A DNA stretch of 64,000 nt from Clostridium sp. 26_22 (GCA_001916005.1 MNRP01000045.1:19843-83842); one strand, 5' to 3'; counted from the stretch's first letter, positions 38,504-49,135 are shown. Program-made: numbers and translations. The notes: generated by a model not told the origin, from the letters alone.

Positions 38504-39373
38504 ATGTTTCAATTTTTTGCAAACATTTTTGGCTATTTATTAGATATTATAAATCAATTTGTAAATAATTATGGTTTAGCTATAATTTTATTTACAGCTA
38601 TAATAAAATTAATAATGTTGCCACTATCTATCAAACAACAACGATCTATGAAGAAAAATGCAGAACTTCAAGAAAAATTGAAAGTAATACAATTTAAATA
38701 TAAAAATGATCCAGAAAAACTAAATAAAGAAACAATGGATTTATATAAACAAGAAAAAATGAGTCCATTTAGTGGATGTTTTAGTGCAATAATACAATTT
38801 ATTTTATTAATATCAATTTTCTATATGGTTAGATTCCCATTAACATATATGGAAAAAGTAGATAAAACCAAAATAGATACATATACACAGCAAATAAAAG
38901 ATGCTGGAATGGACGTAAGTCAAGCATATTCTGAAATTGATATAATAAGAGAAATTGATTTTCTAAGAGAAAATAATCCAGAAGATGAAACATTAAAAAA
39001 TATTAATATAAATATGAATTTCTTAGGGTTAGATTTAAGTAAAATACCACAACAAAATTTAGCAGATTGGACAGTTTATATAATACCAATTTTATATATT
39101 TTATCAACATTTGTATCAATGAGGTTAACGACTTCAATGCAAAATGCAAATAAAGATAAGAAAGAATTAACAGATGGCGAAAATAAAGAGACAGAAAGAA
39201 ATGAAATGGAAGATGCAATGGATCAATCAAACAAAATGATGTCTTGGATGATGCCAATAATGTCTGTTTCAATATCATTAGTAGCACCATTAGGACTAGC
39301 TTTATATTGGCTTGTAAATAATATATTAATGATAGGTGAAAGATTGGTTTTAAATAAAGTTGTAAAAGATTAA
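38504..39373 (+). CDS. yidC: YidC/Oxa1-family membrane protein insertase (SpoIIIJ-like)
   Basis: YGLAIILFTAIIKLIMLPLSIKQQRSM and the C-terminal PLGLALYWLVNNIL motifs. Conserved position. Confidence 0.9.
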   Translation: MFQFFANIFGYLLDIINQFVNNYGLAIILFTAIIKLIMLPLSIKQQRSMKKNAELQEKLKVIQFKYKNDPEKLNKETMDLYKQEKMSPFSGCFSAIIQFILLISIFYMVRFPLTYMEKVDKTKIDTYTQQIKDAGMDVSQAYSEIDIIREIDFLRENNPEDETLKNININMNFLGLDLSKIPQQNLADWTVYIIPILYILSTFVSMRLTTSMQNANKDKKELTDGENKETERNEMEDAMDQSNKMMSWMMPIMSVSISLVAPLGLALYWLVNNILMIGERLVLNKVVKD

Positions 39374-39415
39374 AATATTATTTTTATATTGTTTTTCATG
39401 GAAAGGGATGGAAAG

Positions 39416-40111
39416 ATGGAGAAAAGTATTATTTCAGAAGGAAAAACAACAAATGAAGCAATAGAAAAAGGTTTAAAAATTTTAAATGTATCAAAAAATA
39501 AAGTTGATATAAAAGTGTTAGAAAATGAAGAAAAAAGAAGTTTTTTCAGTATTTTAACACCTAGAGTAGTAAAGGTTCAACTAACATTAAAAGATGTAGA
39601 AGAAGAACATAAAATTGTTAAAAAAGAAATTAATTTAAGCCAAGAAGAACAAGATATTGCAGTAAAAAATGTAGAAGAATTCTTAAAAGAATTTTTAAAT
39701 AAATTAGAAAAAGATGAAAAAATAGAATACTCTATAAAAGCTGATAAATCAGGAGTATATGTAAATATTAATGATAAAAATTTAGGCTATTTAATAGGGT
39801 ATAGGGGAGAAACATTATATGCTTTACAAAATGTTTTATCAGCAATAGCTGGTAAAAAAATAGAAAATAAAGTTAGAGTTTTTCTTGATATAGAGAGCTA
39901 TAGAGCAAAAAGAGAAAAAACATTAGAAGAATTAGCTGAAAAAATATCAAAAACAGTTATAAAAACTAAAAAATCTATTACTTTAGAGCCAATGCAAGCA
40001 TATGAAAGAAAAATTATACACAGTAAGTTACAAAATAATGAATTAGTAACAACTAAAAGTATAGGAGAAGAACCACGTAGAAGAGTGGTAATATCATTAA
40101 AAAATAAATAA
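39416..40111 (+). CDS. jag: Jag/KhpB RNA-binding protein (Jag_N, KH, R3H)
   Basis: GYLIGYRGETLYALQ is KH-like and the R3H segment reads EPMQAYERKIIHSKL. The start is uncertain among 39389, 39398 and 39416. Confidence 0.85.
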   Translation: MEKSIISEGKTTNEAIEKGLKILNVSKNKVDIKVLENEEKRSFFSILTPRVVKVQLTLKDVEEEHKIVKKEINLSQEEQDIAVKNVEEFLKEFLNKLEKDEKIEYSIKADKSGVYVNINDKNLGYLIGYRGETLYALQNVLSAIAGKKIENKVRVFLDIESYRAKREKTLEELAEKISKTVIKTKKSITLEPMQAYERKIIHSKLQNNELVTTKSIGEEPRRRVVISLKNK

Positions 40112-40257
40112 AATAATAAAAATCAGAGGTCAAAGGTCGATTTTTACTTTAAAAGTAATTTTCTATCTTTGGCTTTTATTTTGTTAAAAGGCTTTTCAAA
40201 AGTTACATAATGTGGTAAAATATTTGAAGTGAAAAATAAAAAAGGAGAAAATAAATA

Positions 40258-41629
40258 ATGAGTACAATAGCATCAATATCTACGGCTCCACGGAATTGGT
40301 GGAATTGGTATTGTTAGAATAAGTGGTGAAAACTGCTTTGAAGTTTTAAGAAAAATTTTTGTTCCAAAAAAAGATGAACCTATTGAAAATATAAAGGGTT
40401 ACACTATGAAATATGGACATATTGTTGATAATAGTGAAATTATAGATGAAGTATTAGTTACATATTTTAAAAAACCAAAGAGTTATACTACTGAAGATAT
40501 GTGCGAAATAAATACTCATGGAGGAAACATTGTAACTAGAAAAATATTAGAACTTTGCTTAAAGAGCGGCGCAAACCTTGCGGAACCGGGTGAATTCACA
40601 AAGAGAGCATTTTTAAATGGAAGAATAGATTTGTTACAAGCAGAATCAGTTATAGACGTAATTAATGCAAAATCAGAAAGAGAAGCAAAGACTGGAATTA
40701 AGCAATTAGAAGGAATATTATCTAAAAAAATAAATGAAATAAAGCAAGAAATATTAGATGTAATGGTAAATGTAGATGTAAGTATAGATTATCCAGAATA
40801 TGATGTTGAAGAAGTTACATATCAAGAAATATCTAATATGCTTATTAGTGTAAAAGAAAAATTAGAAAAATTAGAAAAAAGCTTTGATAATGGTAAATTA
40901 ATAAAAGAAGGAATAAAAACAGCTATTATAGGGAAGCCAAATGCTGGAAAATCTTCATTATTAAATGCTATTTTAAAAGAAGACAGAGCTATTGTTACTG
41001 AATATGAAGGTACAACAAGAGATACAATTGAGGAATTTGTTAATATCGAGGGGATTCCTTTAAAACTTATAGATACAGCAGGAATAAGAAATGCAAAGGA
41101 TGAAGTAGAAAAAATAGGAATAGCAAAATCTAGAGAAATAGCAAAAGAAGCAGATTTAATTATAGCAATATTTGATAGTACTAAAGAATTGTCACCAGAA
41201 GACCTTGAAATCCTTGATTTAATAAAAGGTAAGAAATCTATAGTAATATTAAATAAAATCGATTTAAATGCCATTTTAAGCGAAAATGACGATAGATTTA
41301 CAAATGTAAGTGAGAATATTTTGAAATTATCTGCACTAAATGGGGAAGGATTAGAAAAATTATATGAAACTATTTCTAAAATGTTTAGTTTAAATGAAAT
41401 AAATTTAGATAATGAAATAGTTATAACAAACCTAAGACATAAAAATCTAATTTCAAAAGCATTAATCAATGTAAAAAAATCTGAAGAAGCAATAGAACAA
41501 AATATGCCTGTTGATATTATTGCAATATTTATAAAAGATATTTTAGAAGATTTGGGAAATATAACAGGAGATGTTGTAACAGATGATATTATTAATGAAA
41601 TTTTTTCTAAGTTTTGCTTAGGAAAATAG
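40258..41629 (+). pseudogene. mnmE: tRNA modification GTPase MnmE, reading frame broken by one extra nucleotide at codon 12
   Basis: ATG 40258 gives MSTIASISTAP, then CGG and a stop at 40315. The +1 frame from 40292 reads GIGGIGIVRISGEN..., which is contiguous with the 40406 ORF (G domain GKPNAGKSSLLN, DTAGIR, C-terminal CLGK). Skipping C40291 restores the conserved ISTAPGIGGIGIVRISG. Confidence 0.9.
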
Positions 41630-42029
41630 ATTATAAAATTAATTACGAGAATCAAAAATAAGCTATTTTTAATAAGAAACAATGTAATTTTATATCAAAA
41701 ACACAAAAAACAAAATATGGACAAAATAATGCCAAATTTAATTATAGTTATAAGAAATTGGAAAAACCGGAATACAATCAGTGGAAAAAGTTATTAATAG
41801 TGAAACAAATTAAGAAATGAATTAAAAAACAAATATATAAAAAATAAAATAATTAACATAAAACAGATAGATTAACTTAAAAGTTAATATAAAACTAAAA
41901 TTACTTAACCTATGATTTAACTTAATTTGATTTAATAAATATATAAAAAGTATATTAACTATTAAGTAAATATTGTTTCAAAGCGCTGGTAGAACGGGGT
42001 TTCCTGTTTCATATGAAAAGGAGAAAAAG

Positions 42030-43904
42030 ATGAGTTATTATGCAGGAGATTATGATATAGCAGTTATAGGTGCTGGTCATGCAGGATGTGAAGCTGGATT
42101 GGCAGCTGCTAGATTAGGAATGAAAACATTAGTATTTTCTATTAGTTTGGAAGCTGTGGCAAATATGCCATGTAATCCACATATAGGAGGAAGTTCAAAA
42201 GGACATTTAGTTAGAGAAATAGATGCACTTGGGGGAGAAATGGGGAAAAACATAGACAAAACTATGATTCAAATTAAAATGTTAAATACATCTAAAGGAC
42301 CAGCTGTACATTCTCTAAGAGCACAAGCTGACAGAAAAAGATATCATATGGAAATGAAACATACTTTAGAAAAACAAGAGAACCTATATTTAAAACAGGG
42401 AGAAATTGTGGATATTAAAGTTGAAAATGGCAAAGTAACGGCGGTTGAAACTAGTGTTGGAGCAATTTATGGAGTAAAAGCTGTTATTGTTGCAACAGGA
42501 ACATATTTAAAAGGAAAAATATTCATGGGAGAATTTTCACAAGAAAGTGGACCAGATGGTGTTTCTGCTGCAAATAAATTATCTGATGCTTTAAAAAGAA
42601 TAGGTGTTGATTTAGTTAGATTTAAGACCGGAACACCTGCAAGAATAAATAAAAGAAGCATTGACTTTAGTAAAATGGAGGTTCAAAAAGGTGATACAGA
42701 GATAGTTCCGTTTTCTTTTGAAGATGAAGTGAAAGATTTAAAACAAGTAGATTGCTATCTAACTTATACAAATGAAGAAACACATAAAATAATTAGAGAT
42801 AATCTACATAGATCACCATTATATGCAGGAAAAATAGAAGGTACAGGGCCTAGATATTGCCCATCTATAGAAGATAAAGTTGTTAGATTTAGCGATAAAC
42901 CAAGACATCAAGCATTTGTTGAACCAGTAGGTATGGACACAGATGAAATGTATATACAAGGACTAAGCTCTTCTTTACCAGAAGAAGTACAAATTGCTTT
43001 TTATAGAACAATACCAGGACTAGAAAATGCTGAATTTACAAGATCTGCATATGCAATTGAATATGATTGTATAAATCCATCAAATTTAAAACTTTCTTTA
43101 GAATATAAAGGAATTGAAGGCTTATTTATGGCAGGTCAAACAAATGGAACATCTGGCTATGAAGAGGCTGCTTGTCAAGGATTAATTGCAGGAATAAATG
43201 CTTCACAAAAAATAAAAGGAAAAGAACCTGTGATTTTAGATAGAAGCCAAGGCTATATAGGTGTATTAATTGATGATATTGTAACAAAAGGGACAAATGA
43301 ACCATATAGAATGATGACTTCTAGAGCTGAATATAGGCTACTTTTAAGACAAGATAATGCAGATTTGAGATTAACAGAGATAGGGCATGAAGTTGGATTG
43401 ATTTCAGATGAAAGATATCAAAAATTTTTAAATAAAAAAGCTAATATTGAAAAAGAAATTCAAAGATTAAAAGATGAAACTGTAAAACCAACAGAAAAAG
43501 TAAATGAATTACTAAAAAAATACGGAACTACAGAACTATCAACAGGTACAAAGATGTCAGAATTATTAAAAAGAACAGAATTAGACTATAATAAACTTGC
43601 TCCAATAGATGAAAATAGACCAGAATTAACGCTACAAGAGAAAGAAGAAGTAGAAATTCAAATAAAATATGAAGGTTATATAAAAATGCAAGAAGCTCAA
43701 GTAGAAAAATTTAAGAAATTAGAAACAAAATTATTACCAGAAGAGTTAGACTATGAACAAATAAAGGGATTAAGCTTAGAAGCAAGACAAAAACTAAATA
43801 AGTTCAAACCACGTTCTATAGGCCAAGCTTCAAGAATTTCAGGAGTTTCTCCTGCTGACATATCTGTATTATTAATATATTTACAAGTAAATAAAAATAA
43901 TTAA
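42030..43904 (+). CDS. mnmG: tRNA uridine 5-carboxymethylaminomethyl modification enzyme MnmG (GidA)
   Basis: [18 protein letters not shown] motif, TGTPAR and [24 protein letters not shown] precedes the ATG at 42030. Confidence 0.95.
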   Translation: MSYYAGDYDIAVIGAGHAGCEAGLAAARLGMKTLVFSISLEAVANMPCNPHIGGSSKGHLVREIDALGGEMGKNIDKTMIQIKMLNTSKGPAVHSLRAQADRKRYHMEMKHTLEKQENLYLKQGEIVDIKVENGKVTAVETSVGAIYGVKAVIVATGTYLKGKIFMGEFSQESGPDGVSAANKLSDALKRIGVDLVRFKTGTPARINKRSIDFSKMEVQKGDTEIVPFSFEDEVKDLKQVDCYLTYTNEETHKIIRDNLHRSPLYAGKIEGTGPRYCPSIEDKVVRFSDKPRHQAFVEPVGMDTDEMYIQGLSSSLPEEVQIAFYRTIPGLENAEFTRSAYAIEYDCINPSNLKLSLEYKGIEGLFMAGQTNGTSGYEEAACQGLIAGINASQKIKGKEPVILDRSQGYIGVLIDDIVTKGTNEPYRMMTSRAEYRLLLRQDNADLRLTEIGHEVGLISDERYQKFLNKKANIEKEIQRLKDETVKPTEKVNELLKKYGTTELSTGTKMSELLKRTELDYNKLAPIDENRPELTLQEKEEVEIQIKYEGYIKMQEAQVEKFKKLETKLLPEELDYEQIKGLSLEARQKLNKFKPRSIGQASRISGVSPADISVLLIYLQVNKNN

Positions 43905-43917
43905 AGGATTGAAAATA

Positions 43918-44640
43918 ATGGAAATAAATGAATTTAAAGAAATAATGAATGAAAATGCAAAAAAAATTAATATAGAGTTTAATGAAAAACAATTAGAGCA
44001 ATTTTTTGAATATATGAACTTATTAATAGAATGGAACGAAAAAATAAACTTAACAGCTATAACAGAACCAAAAGAAATAATAATAAAGCATTTTATTGAT
44101 TCATTAACAATAAATAAATACATAGAAAAAAATAATAAAATAGTAGATGTTGGTACAGGAGCTGGTTTTCCCGGAATTCCAATTAAAATATATAGATCAG
44201 AAGTAGAAGTAACACTAGTGGACTCTTTAAATAAAAGAATAAATTTTTTAAATGAAGTTATTTCAAAATTAGAACTAGAAAAAATAGATACTATTCATTC
44301 AAGAGTAGAAGAATTTGCAAGAAATAAAAAATATAGAGAAAAATTTGATGTTGTAACAGCAAGAGCACTAGCAAATCTAACAGTGCTTTCTGAATATTTA
44401 TTACCATTAACTAAAAATAATGGAAAATGTATATGTATGAAAGGAAGCAATATAGAAGAAGAGTGCAAAGAAAGCAAAAAAGCAATAGAAATACTAGGTG
44501 GAAAAATTGTTGAAATAGAAGAATTTTATTTACCAGATTCAGATATAAAACGTAATATAATAAATATAAAAAAAGTAAAAGCGACACCTGCAAAATACCC
44601 AAGAAAGCCAGGAACACCTGCAAAAGAGCCATTAAGATAG
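43918..44640 (+). CDS. rsmG: 16S rRNA (guanine527-N7)-methyltransferase RsmG (GidB)
   Basis: KHFIDSL and SAM motif VDVGTGAGFPGIPIKI. Conserved position after mnmG. Confidence 0.92.
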   Translation: MEINEFKEIMNENAKKINIEFNEKQLEQFFEYMNLLIEWNEKINLTAITEPKEIIIKHFIDSLTINKYIEKNNKIVDVGTGAGFPGIPIKIYRSEVEVTLVDSLNKRINFLNEVISKLELEKIDTIHSRVEEFARNKKYREKFDVVTARALANLTVLSEYLLPLTKNNGKCICMKGSNIEEECKESKKAIEILGGKIVEIEEFYLPDSDIKRNIINIKKVKATPAKYPRKPGTPAKEPLR

Positions 44641-44811
44641 ACTTGAAAAAGTCTATCTTTTTTTCATACAAAACAAAAAATAAAAATAATGAAAAAAATT
44701 AATATAAATTCGTAAAATTCATTGACTTTTTTTCTAATATTTTATATTATATATGTAGATAACAAATGTAACAAATAAATTAATATTTACTACAAAATGG
44801 AGGCGAGATTT

Positions 44812-45600
44812 GTGGGAAAAATAATTGCGGTAGCAAATCAAAAAGGTGGAGTAGGAAAAACAACCACAACAATAAACTTAAGTACAATTTTAGCAAAAAA
44901 AGGTAAAAAAGTATTACTAATAGATGCAGACCCTCAAGGGAATGCTACAAGCGGAGTTGGAGCAGAAAAAGATGTAGAATTTTCTACATATGATGTATTA
45001 GTTGGAGAAACAGAGATAGAAGAAGCAATAGAAGGAACAATAATAAAAAACTTATCTGTATGTCCATCAAACATCAACTTGGCAGGAGCAGAAGTAGAAC
45101 TAGTTTCAATGATGTCAAGAGAACAAAGATTAAAAGAGAAATTAGATGAAGTAAAAAATAGATTTGATTATATTTTAATAGACTGTCCACCATCATTGGG
45201 ACTAATTACATTAAATGCTTTTACAGCAGCAAACAGTGTATTAATACCAGTTCAATGTGAGTATTATGCATTAGAAGGATTAGGACAACTTATAAACACA
45301 ATAAACTTAGTAAAAAAACACCTAAATAAAAACATAGAAATAGAAGGTGCATTACTTACAATGTATGATGCAAGAACAAACCTATCTAACCAAGTTGTAA
45401 AAGAAGTAAAAAAATACTTTGATAATAAAGTATATAAGACAGTAATACCTAGAAACGTAAGACTTAGCGAGGCACCAAGTTATGGAATGCCAATAACAGA
45501 ATATGATGCAAGATCAAAAGGTGCTAAAAGTTACGAAAAATTCACAAAAGAATTTTTAAAATCAAATGAAGTCGAAAGAAAAGCTAAACATATGTTATAA
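44812..45600 (+). CDS. soj: ParA/Soj chromosome partitioning ATPase
   Basis: The GTG start gives MGKIIAVANQKGGVGKTTT (deviant Walker A). GGAGG lies upstream. Followed by parB. Confidence 0.93.
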   Translation: MGKIIAVANQKGGVGKTTTTINLSTILAKKGKKVLLIDADPQGNATSGVGAEKDVEFSTYDVLVGETEIEEAIEGTIIKNLSVCPSNINLAGAEVELVSMMSREQRLKEKLDEVKNRFDYILIDCPPSLGLITLNAFTAANSVLIPVQCEYYALEGLGQLINTINLVKKHLNKNIEIEGALLTMYDARTNLSNQVVKEVKKYFDNKVYKTVIPRNVRLSEAPSYGMPITEYDARSKGAKSYEKFTKEFLKSNEVERKAKHML

Positions 45601-45623
45601 AATATGAAAGGGATGTGATAAAA

Positions 45624-46475
45624 ATGCCTAAGAAAACAGGATTAGGAAAAGGATTAGATGCCTTATTTGGACCAGTTCCAGAAGAAGAAAAAGTACAGGA
45701 ATCAGATGTACTAAAAAACTTAAAAATAGTTGATGTAGAACCTAACAGAGAACAACCAAGAAAAAATTTTAATCAAGAAGCATTAGAAGAACTTGCTGAA
45801 TCAATAAAAGAATACGGATTAATACAACCAATAGTTGTAACAAAAAAAGATGGCTATTATAGCATAATTGCGGGAGAAAGAAGATGGAGAGCAAGTAAAC
45901 TTGCAGGACTTACAGAAATACCAGCAATTGTAAGAGAAGATGATGAAAGAAAAAACAATGAAATAGCATTAATAGAAAATATGCAAAGGGAAGACTTAAA
46001 TCCATATGAAAAAGCATTAGGAATTAAAAATTTAATGACAACATATGGACTTACACAAGAAGAAATAGCAAAAAAATTAGGAAAAAGTAGAAGTGCAATT
46101 GCAAACACAGTAAGAACATTAAACCTAGAACCACGTGTATTAGAAATGGCAAAAGAAGGAAAATTAACAGAAGGACATTGTAGAGCATTACTTTCTATAA
46201 CAGATCCAGAAAAACAATATTTAACAGCAATAAACATGTTGGAAAGAGGAGCAACTGTTAGAGAAGTTGAACAAACAGGAAAAGAAATAAACAAAAAACA
46301 AGTATCAAAAGAGCAATTAAAAAGAAATGCTATATTATACAGAGACATAGAAAACACATTCCAAGGCTTTTTTGGAACAAAAGTAAAACTAAATCCTGGT
46401 AAAAAAAGAGGAAAAATAATAATAGAATATGCATCAAATGATGATTTAGAGAGAATATTAAATCTAATGAAATAA
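45624..46475 (+). CDS. spo0J: ParB/Spo0J chromosome partitioning protein
   Basis: GLGKGLDALF, ParB box IIAGERRWRASKLAGL, HTH LTQEEIAKKLGKSRSAIANTVR. Confidence 0.93.
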   Translation: MPKKTGLGKGLDALFGPVPEEEKVQESDVLKNLKIVDVEPNREQPRKNFNQEALEELAESIKEYGLIQPIVVTKKDGYYSIIAGERRWRASKLAGLTEIPAIVREDDERKNNEIALIENMQREDLNPYEKALGIKNLMTTYGLTQEEIAKKLGKSRSAIANTVRTLNLEPRVLEMAKEGKLTEGHCRALLSITDPEKQYLTAINMLERGATVREVEQTGKEINKKQVSKEQLKRNAILYRDIENTFQGFFGTKVKLNPGKKRGKIIIEYASNDDLERILNLMK

Positions 46476-46496
46476 ACACAAGAAAGAGGGACGTAA

Positions 46497-47012
46497 ATGC
46501 AAGGAATAATGGATTTTATAAGAACAGATAATTTTTTATTAATATTATCAATAATTGTAGGAATTCTTACTATAGGATTTATTGCTACATTATATAGTAA
46601 TATAAAATTAAAAAATAAATATAATAAATTTATGAAAAAAATAGGAAATGGTAAAAATATAGAAGAAGACCTAGAAAACTATATGTATAGAGTTGAAAGA
46701 GTAGAAAGACAAAATGCAGAAATAATATCATACTGCAAAAATTTAGATGATGAAGTAGCAAAATGTATTCAAAAAGTTGGTATAGTTAGATATAGTGCAT
46801 TTAAAGATACTGGAAGTGATTTAAGCTTTGCAGTAGCTATGTTGAATGAAAATAATGATGGAGTTGTATTCAATGGTATATACTCTAGAGAAATGTCTAA
46901 TATATATGCTAAACCTGTAAAAAATGGTGGTTCTGAGTATACTTTTTCTGAGGAAGAAAAAGAGGCAATTAGGCGAGCTATTGAAGCTAATAATTTAATA
47001 AATGTAAAATAA
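46497..47012 (+). CDS. DUF4446-family protein (conserved downstream of parB in Clostridia/Bacilli)
   Basis: N-terminal TM, then VGIVRYSAFKDTGSDLSFAVAMLNENNDGVVFNGIYSRE, which is typical of DUF4446. Confidence 0.7.
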   Translation: MQGIMDFIRTDNFLLILSIIVGILTIGFIATLYSNIKLKNKYNKFMKKIGNGKNIEEDLENYMYRVERVERQNAEIISYCKNLDDEVAKCIQKVGIVRYSAFKDTGSDLSFAVAMLNENNDGVVFNGIYSREMSNIYAKPVKNGGSEYTFSEEEKEAIRRAIEANNLINVK

Positions 47013-47016
47013 AAAG

Positions 47017-47050
47017 ACAGCTATCTTTAATATAAGATAGCTGTAGTTCA
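47017..47050 (+). terminator. Terminator ending the parAB-DUF4446 operon
   Basis: Stem ACAGCTATCTT / AAGATAGCTGT followed by a T-rich tail. Confidence 0.65.
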
Positions 47051-47059
47051 TTTTTAATA

Positions 47060-47284
47060 TTATTTAAATATTAATATTAAAAAGAATACTGTTGGAATTG
47101 CCCACAATATACCTGAAATAATTTCTCCATCTTTGAAAGAAGAGATAGATGCTAGTAAACAGCTAATTGTGAGTATGGCAAAGAGTACTCCAACAATTGA
47201 TAAAACTGAAAATTTAAATAACAGTACTAAGATTATTACAGCAACAATAGTGTAAAAAATTTTCATTATTTTGTCCTCCTGCAT
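47060..47284 (-). CDS. Hypothetical small membrane protein (two TM helices)
   Basis: 74 aa, hydrophobic, with an AGGAGGA-like RBS. No recognisable motif. Confidence 0.45.
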   Translation of the reverse strand: MQEDKIMKIFYTIVAVIILVLLFKFSVLSIVGVLFAILTISCLLASISSFKDGEIISGILWAIPTVFFLILIFK

Positions 47285-47326
47285 GAACTATATAAGTTAA
47301 ATTATGTTAATTATATCAAAGATTAT

Positions 47327-47353
47327 AAAAAAAGTCAAAATTATTAAAAAATT
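47327..47353. repeat. Left copy of the 25-27-bp direct repeat flanking the IS
   Basis: AAAAAAAGTCAAAATTATTAAAAAATT is identical to 48517-48543. Confidence 0.85.
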
Positions 47354-48516
47354 GTAGTGTTACAATTGATGTGAAACAAAATAAATAAAAATTGAATAAG
47401 TGATTTAAATCATATATAATTGAGTTGCGAAACAAAAATTATATAAAGGAGATTTAAATCACTTATGAATAATATTATAACAGAAAAAAATAAAAAAAGA
47501 TATCTTCCACATGATATTAATACAAGAAAATATGCAGTGGAAATGTATAGAAATTGTGGAGATATAAATTATGTATGTAGAAAGTACCATATTTCAAGGA
47601 CTTCATTATGGAGATGGAATAAAGTATATGACGGAACAAAAGAAAGTATAACGGATAAATCTCATAAACCAAAAAGGAAGCATCCAAATGCGCATACAAA
47701 CCAAGAAATAAGATGGATAAGAAATTATGTAAGAAGAAATCCAAGAATAACATTGTGTGAGTTATGGATGAAATTAAAAAGAGAAAAAGGATATACAAGA
47801 ACAATAACAGCATTATATAGAGTAATGAGAAGATTAAATATTAAATTTTATAAAGGCATGAATATAAAAGACACGTCAAAGAAAAAACATAACAAACATT
47901 ATGAAACGCCAAAAAACATAGGCGAAAAAGGACAAATGGATGTAAAGTATGTACCAAATGAATGTAAAAGTAAGGATATTCCAAAGGATAAAAGGTTTTA
48001 TCAATATACATATATAGATGAAGCAACAAGGGAGAGATTTTTATATTGGTATGAAGAACATACACCAGCAAATACAGTTGATTTTGTGTTAAGAGTAATA
48101 CAATATTTAGGATACAAACCAAAGGAAATACAGACAGATAATGGAATAGAATTCACATATAATAAAGCAAATATAAAGAAAACACATCCATTAGAAGTAT
48201 TATTAAAGGAGTTAGGGATAAAACATCATAAGATACAGCCAAGAACACCACAGCATAATGGAAAAGTAGAAAGAAGTCATAGAAATGATAATGAGAGATT
48301 TTATAGTTATCTAAAATTTTATAGTTTAGAAGATTTAAGAGAACAAGGAAAAAGATATCTAAAAAGATCAAATAACATTCCAATGGCTGTATTAAAGTAC
48401 TTAACACCAAAAGAAAAACGAGCTGAATTGGAAGTATTTGGAATGATTAGCTATGCAATTTAATTATATAGATTAAATTTTTATATATTTTTGTTTCACA
48501 TCATTGACACTTATAC
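47354..48516 (+). mobile_element. IS481-family-like insertion sequence (single transposase ORF, imperfect terminal inverted repeats)
   Basis: Left end (T)GTAGTGTTACAATTGATGTGAAACAAAA. The reverse complement of the right end is (T)GTATAAGTGTCAATGATGTGAAACAAAA. Flanked by identical direct repeats. Confidence 0.8.
47465..48463 (+). CDS. DDE transposase (rve integrase core, IS481/IS3-superfamily type) with N-terminal HTH
   Basis: GQMDVKYVP (D1), IQTDNGIEFT (D2) and QPRTPQHNGKVERSHRN (E) motifs. 332 aa. Confidence 0.85.
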   Translation: MNNIITEKNKKRYLPHDINTRKYAVEMYRNCGDINYVCRKYHISRTSLWRWNKVYDGTKESITDKSHKPKRKHPNAHTNQEIRWIRNYVRRNPRITLCELWMKLKREKGYTRTITALYRVMRRLNIKFYKGMNIKDTSKKKHNKHYETPKNIGEKGQMDVKYVPNECKSKDIPKDKRFYQYTYIDEATRERFLYWYEEHTPANTVDFVLRVIQYLGYKPKEIQTDNGIEFTYNKANIKKTHPLEVLLKELGIKHHKIQPRTPQHNGKVERSHRNDNERFYSYLKFYSLEDLREQGKRYLKRSNNIPMAVLKYLTPKEKRAELEVFGMISYAI

Positions 48517-48543
48517 AAAAAAAGTCAAAATTATTAAAAAATT
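48517..48543. repeat. Right copy of the direct repeat flanking the IS
   Basis: Identical to 47327-47353. It ends 3 nt before the -35 box of the tRNA-Ser promoter. Confidence 0.85.
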
Positions 48544-48546
48544 CTA

Positions 48547-48575
48547 TTGACAAACATTTTAAAAAATGCTAATAT
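48547..48575 (+). promoter_or_regulatory. Sigma-A type promoter (extended -10) for the tRNA-Ser genes
   Basis: TTGACA, 17 nt ending in TGC, then TAATAT. About 30 nt upstream of tRNA-Ser. Confidence 0.6.
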
Positions 48576-48607
48576 ATATACTGTCGCTGGACATAGCGAT
48601 AACTAAT

Positions 48608-48699
<92 letters not shown>

Positions 48700-48785
48700 A
48701 GTATTATAAAGATATAAAAGCCCATAAATTTATATTAATAAATTTAAACTTTTATATCTTTATTTTTTAAATAAAATAATATTAT

Positions 48786-48875
48786 GTAGGTGTACCCAAG
48801 TGGTGAAGGGGGCAGTTTGCTAAACTGCTAGGTCGAGTAATCGGCGCGGAGGTTCGAACCCTCTCACCTACGCCA
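48786..48875 (+). tRNA. tRNA-Ser (anticodon GCT)
   Basis: Acceptor GTAGGTG/CACCTAC, anticodon loop TTGCTAA, long variable arm, T-arm GAGGTTCGAACCCTC, CCA. 90 nt. Confidence 0.88.
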
Positions 48876-48876
48876 A

Positions 48877-48915
48877 AAGATATAAAGTGTATATTTTCTT
48901 TATATCTTTTTTTAT
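48877..48915 (+). terminator. Terminator after the tRNA-Ser genes
   Basis: Stem AAGATATAAAG / CTTTATATCTT followed by a T-run. A related hairpin lies at 48710-48760 between the two tRNAs. Confidence 0.6.
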
Positions 48916-49135
48916 GTTTTAAAATTAAAAAAAAAATTAAAACATATTGATTAATTAAAAAAAATATAGTATAAGTAAACTTGGATTTTAAATTTTTTAT
49001 TATATTTTGATTATAAAAAACGACTAAAATGTGCATATTTTCTCGTTTTTTGATAAAATATTAAAAAAAAGTTGAAAAAAATTTAAATATAATGTATAAT
49101 TAATTTGTAGCAATATGTTAAAGGAAGGTGGTTGA

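Noticed and set aside
40292-40309. The tandem 9-bp duplication GGAATTGGT-GGAATTGGT in mnmE as a slippage artefact causing the frame break
   Set aside because: The duplication is in-frame and encodes GIG-GIG, which matches the conserved GxGGIGIVR motif. The frame break comes from the single C at 40291, immediately upstream.
40822-41682. A 286-aa ORF on the minus strand, antisense to mnmE
   Set aside because: It lies entirely within the well-supported mnmE frame. Its product is low-complexity (S/I/F-rich), as expected for the reverse frame of a K/E/I-rich gene, and it has no RBS.
45857-46357. A 166-aa ORF antisense to parB
   Set aside because: This is a shadow ORF of the conserved parB gene with no motif and no RBS. 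The same reasoning applies to the other antisense track ORFs, including 677-901, 2317-2907, 3856-4530, 5550-6178, 8416-9184, 31260-31715, 35086-35388, 42077-42661, 51625-51993, 52451-53257 and 62486-62978.
48782-49036. An 84-aa minus-strand ORF
   Set aside because: Its 3' part is the reverse complement of tRNA-Ser(GCT), and the rest is AT-rich promoter and terminator DNA.
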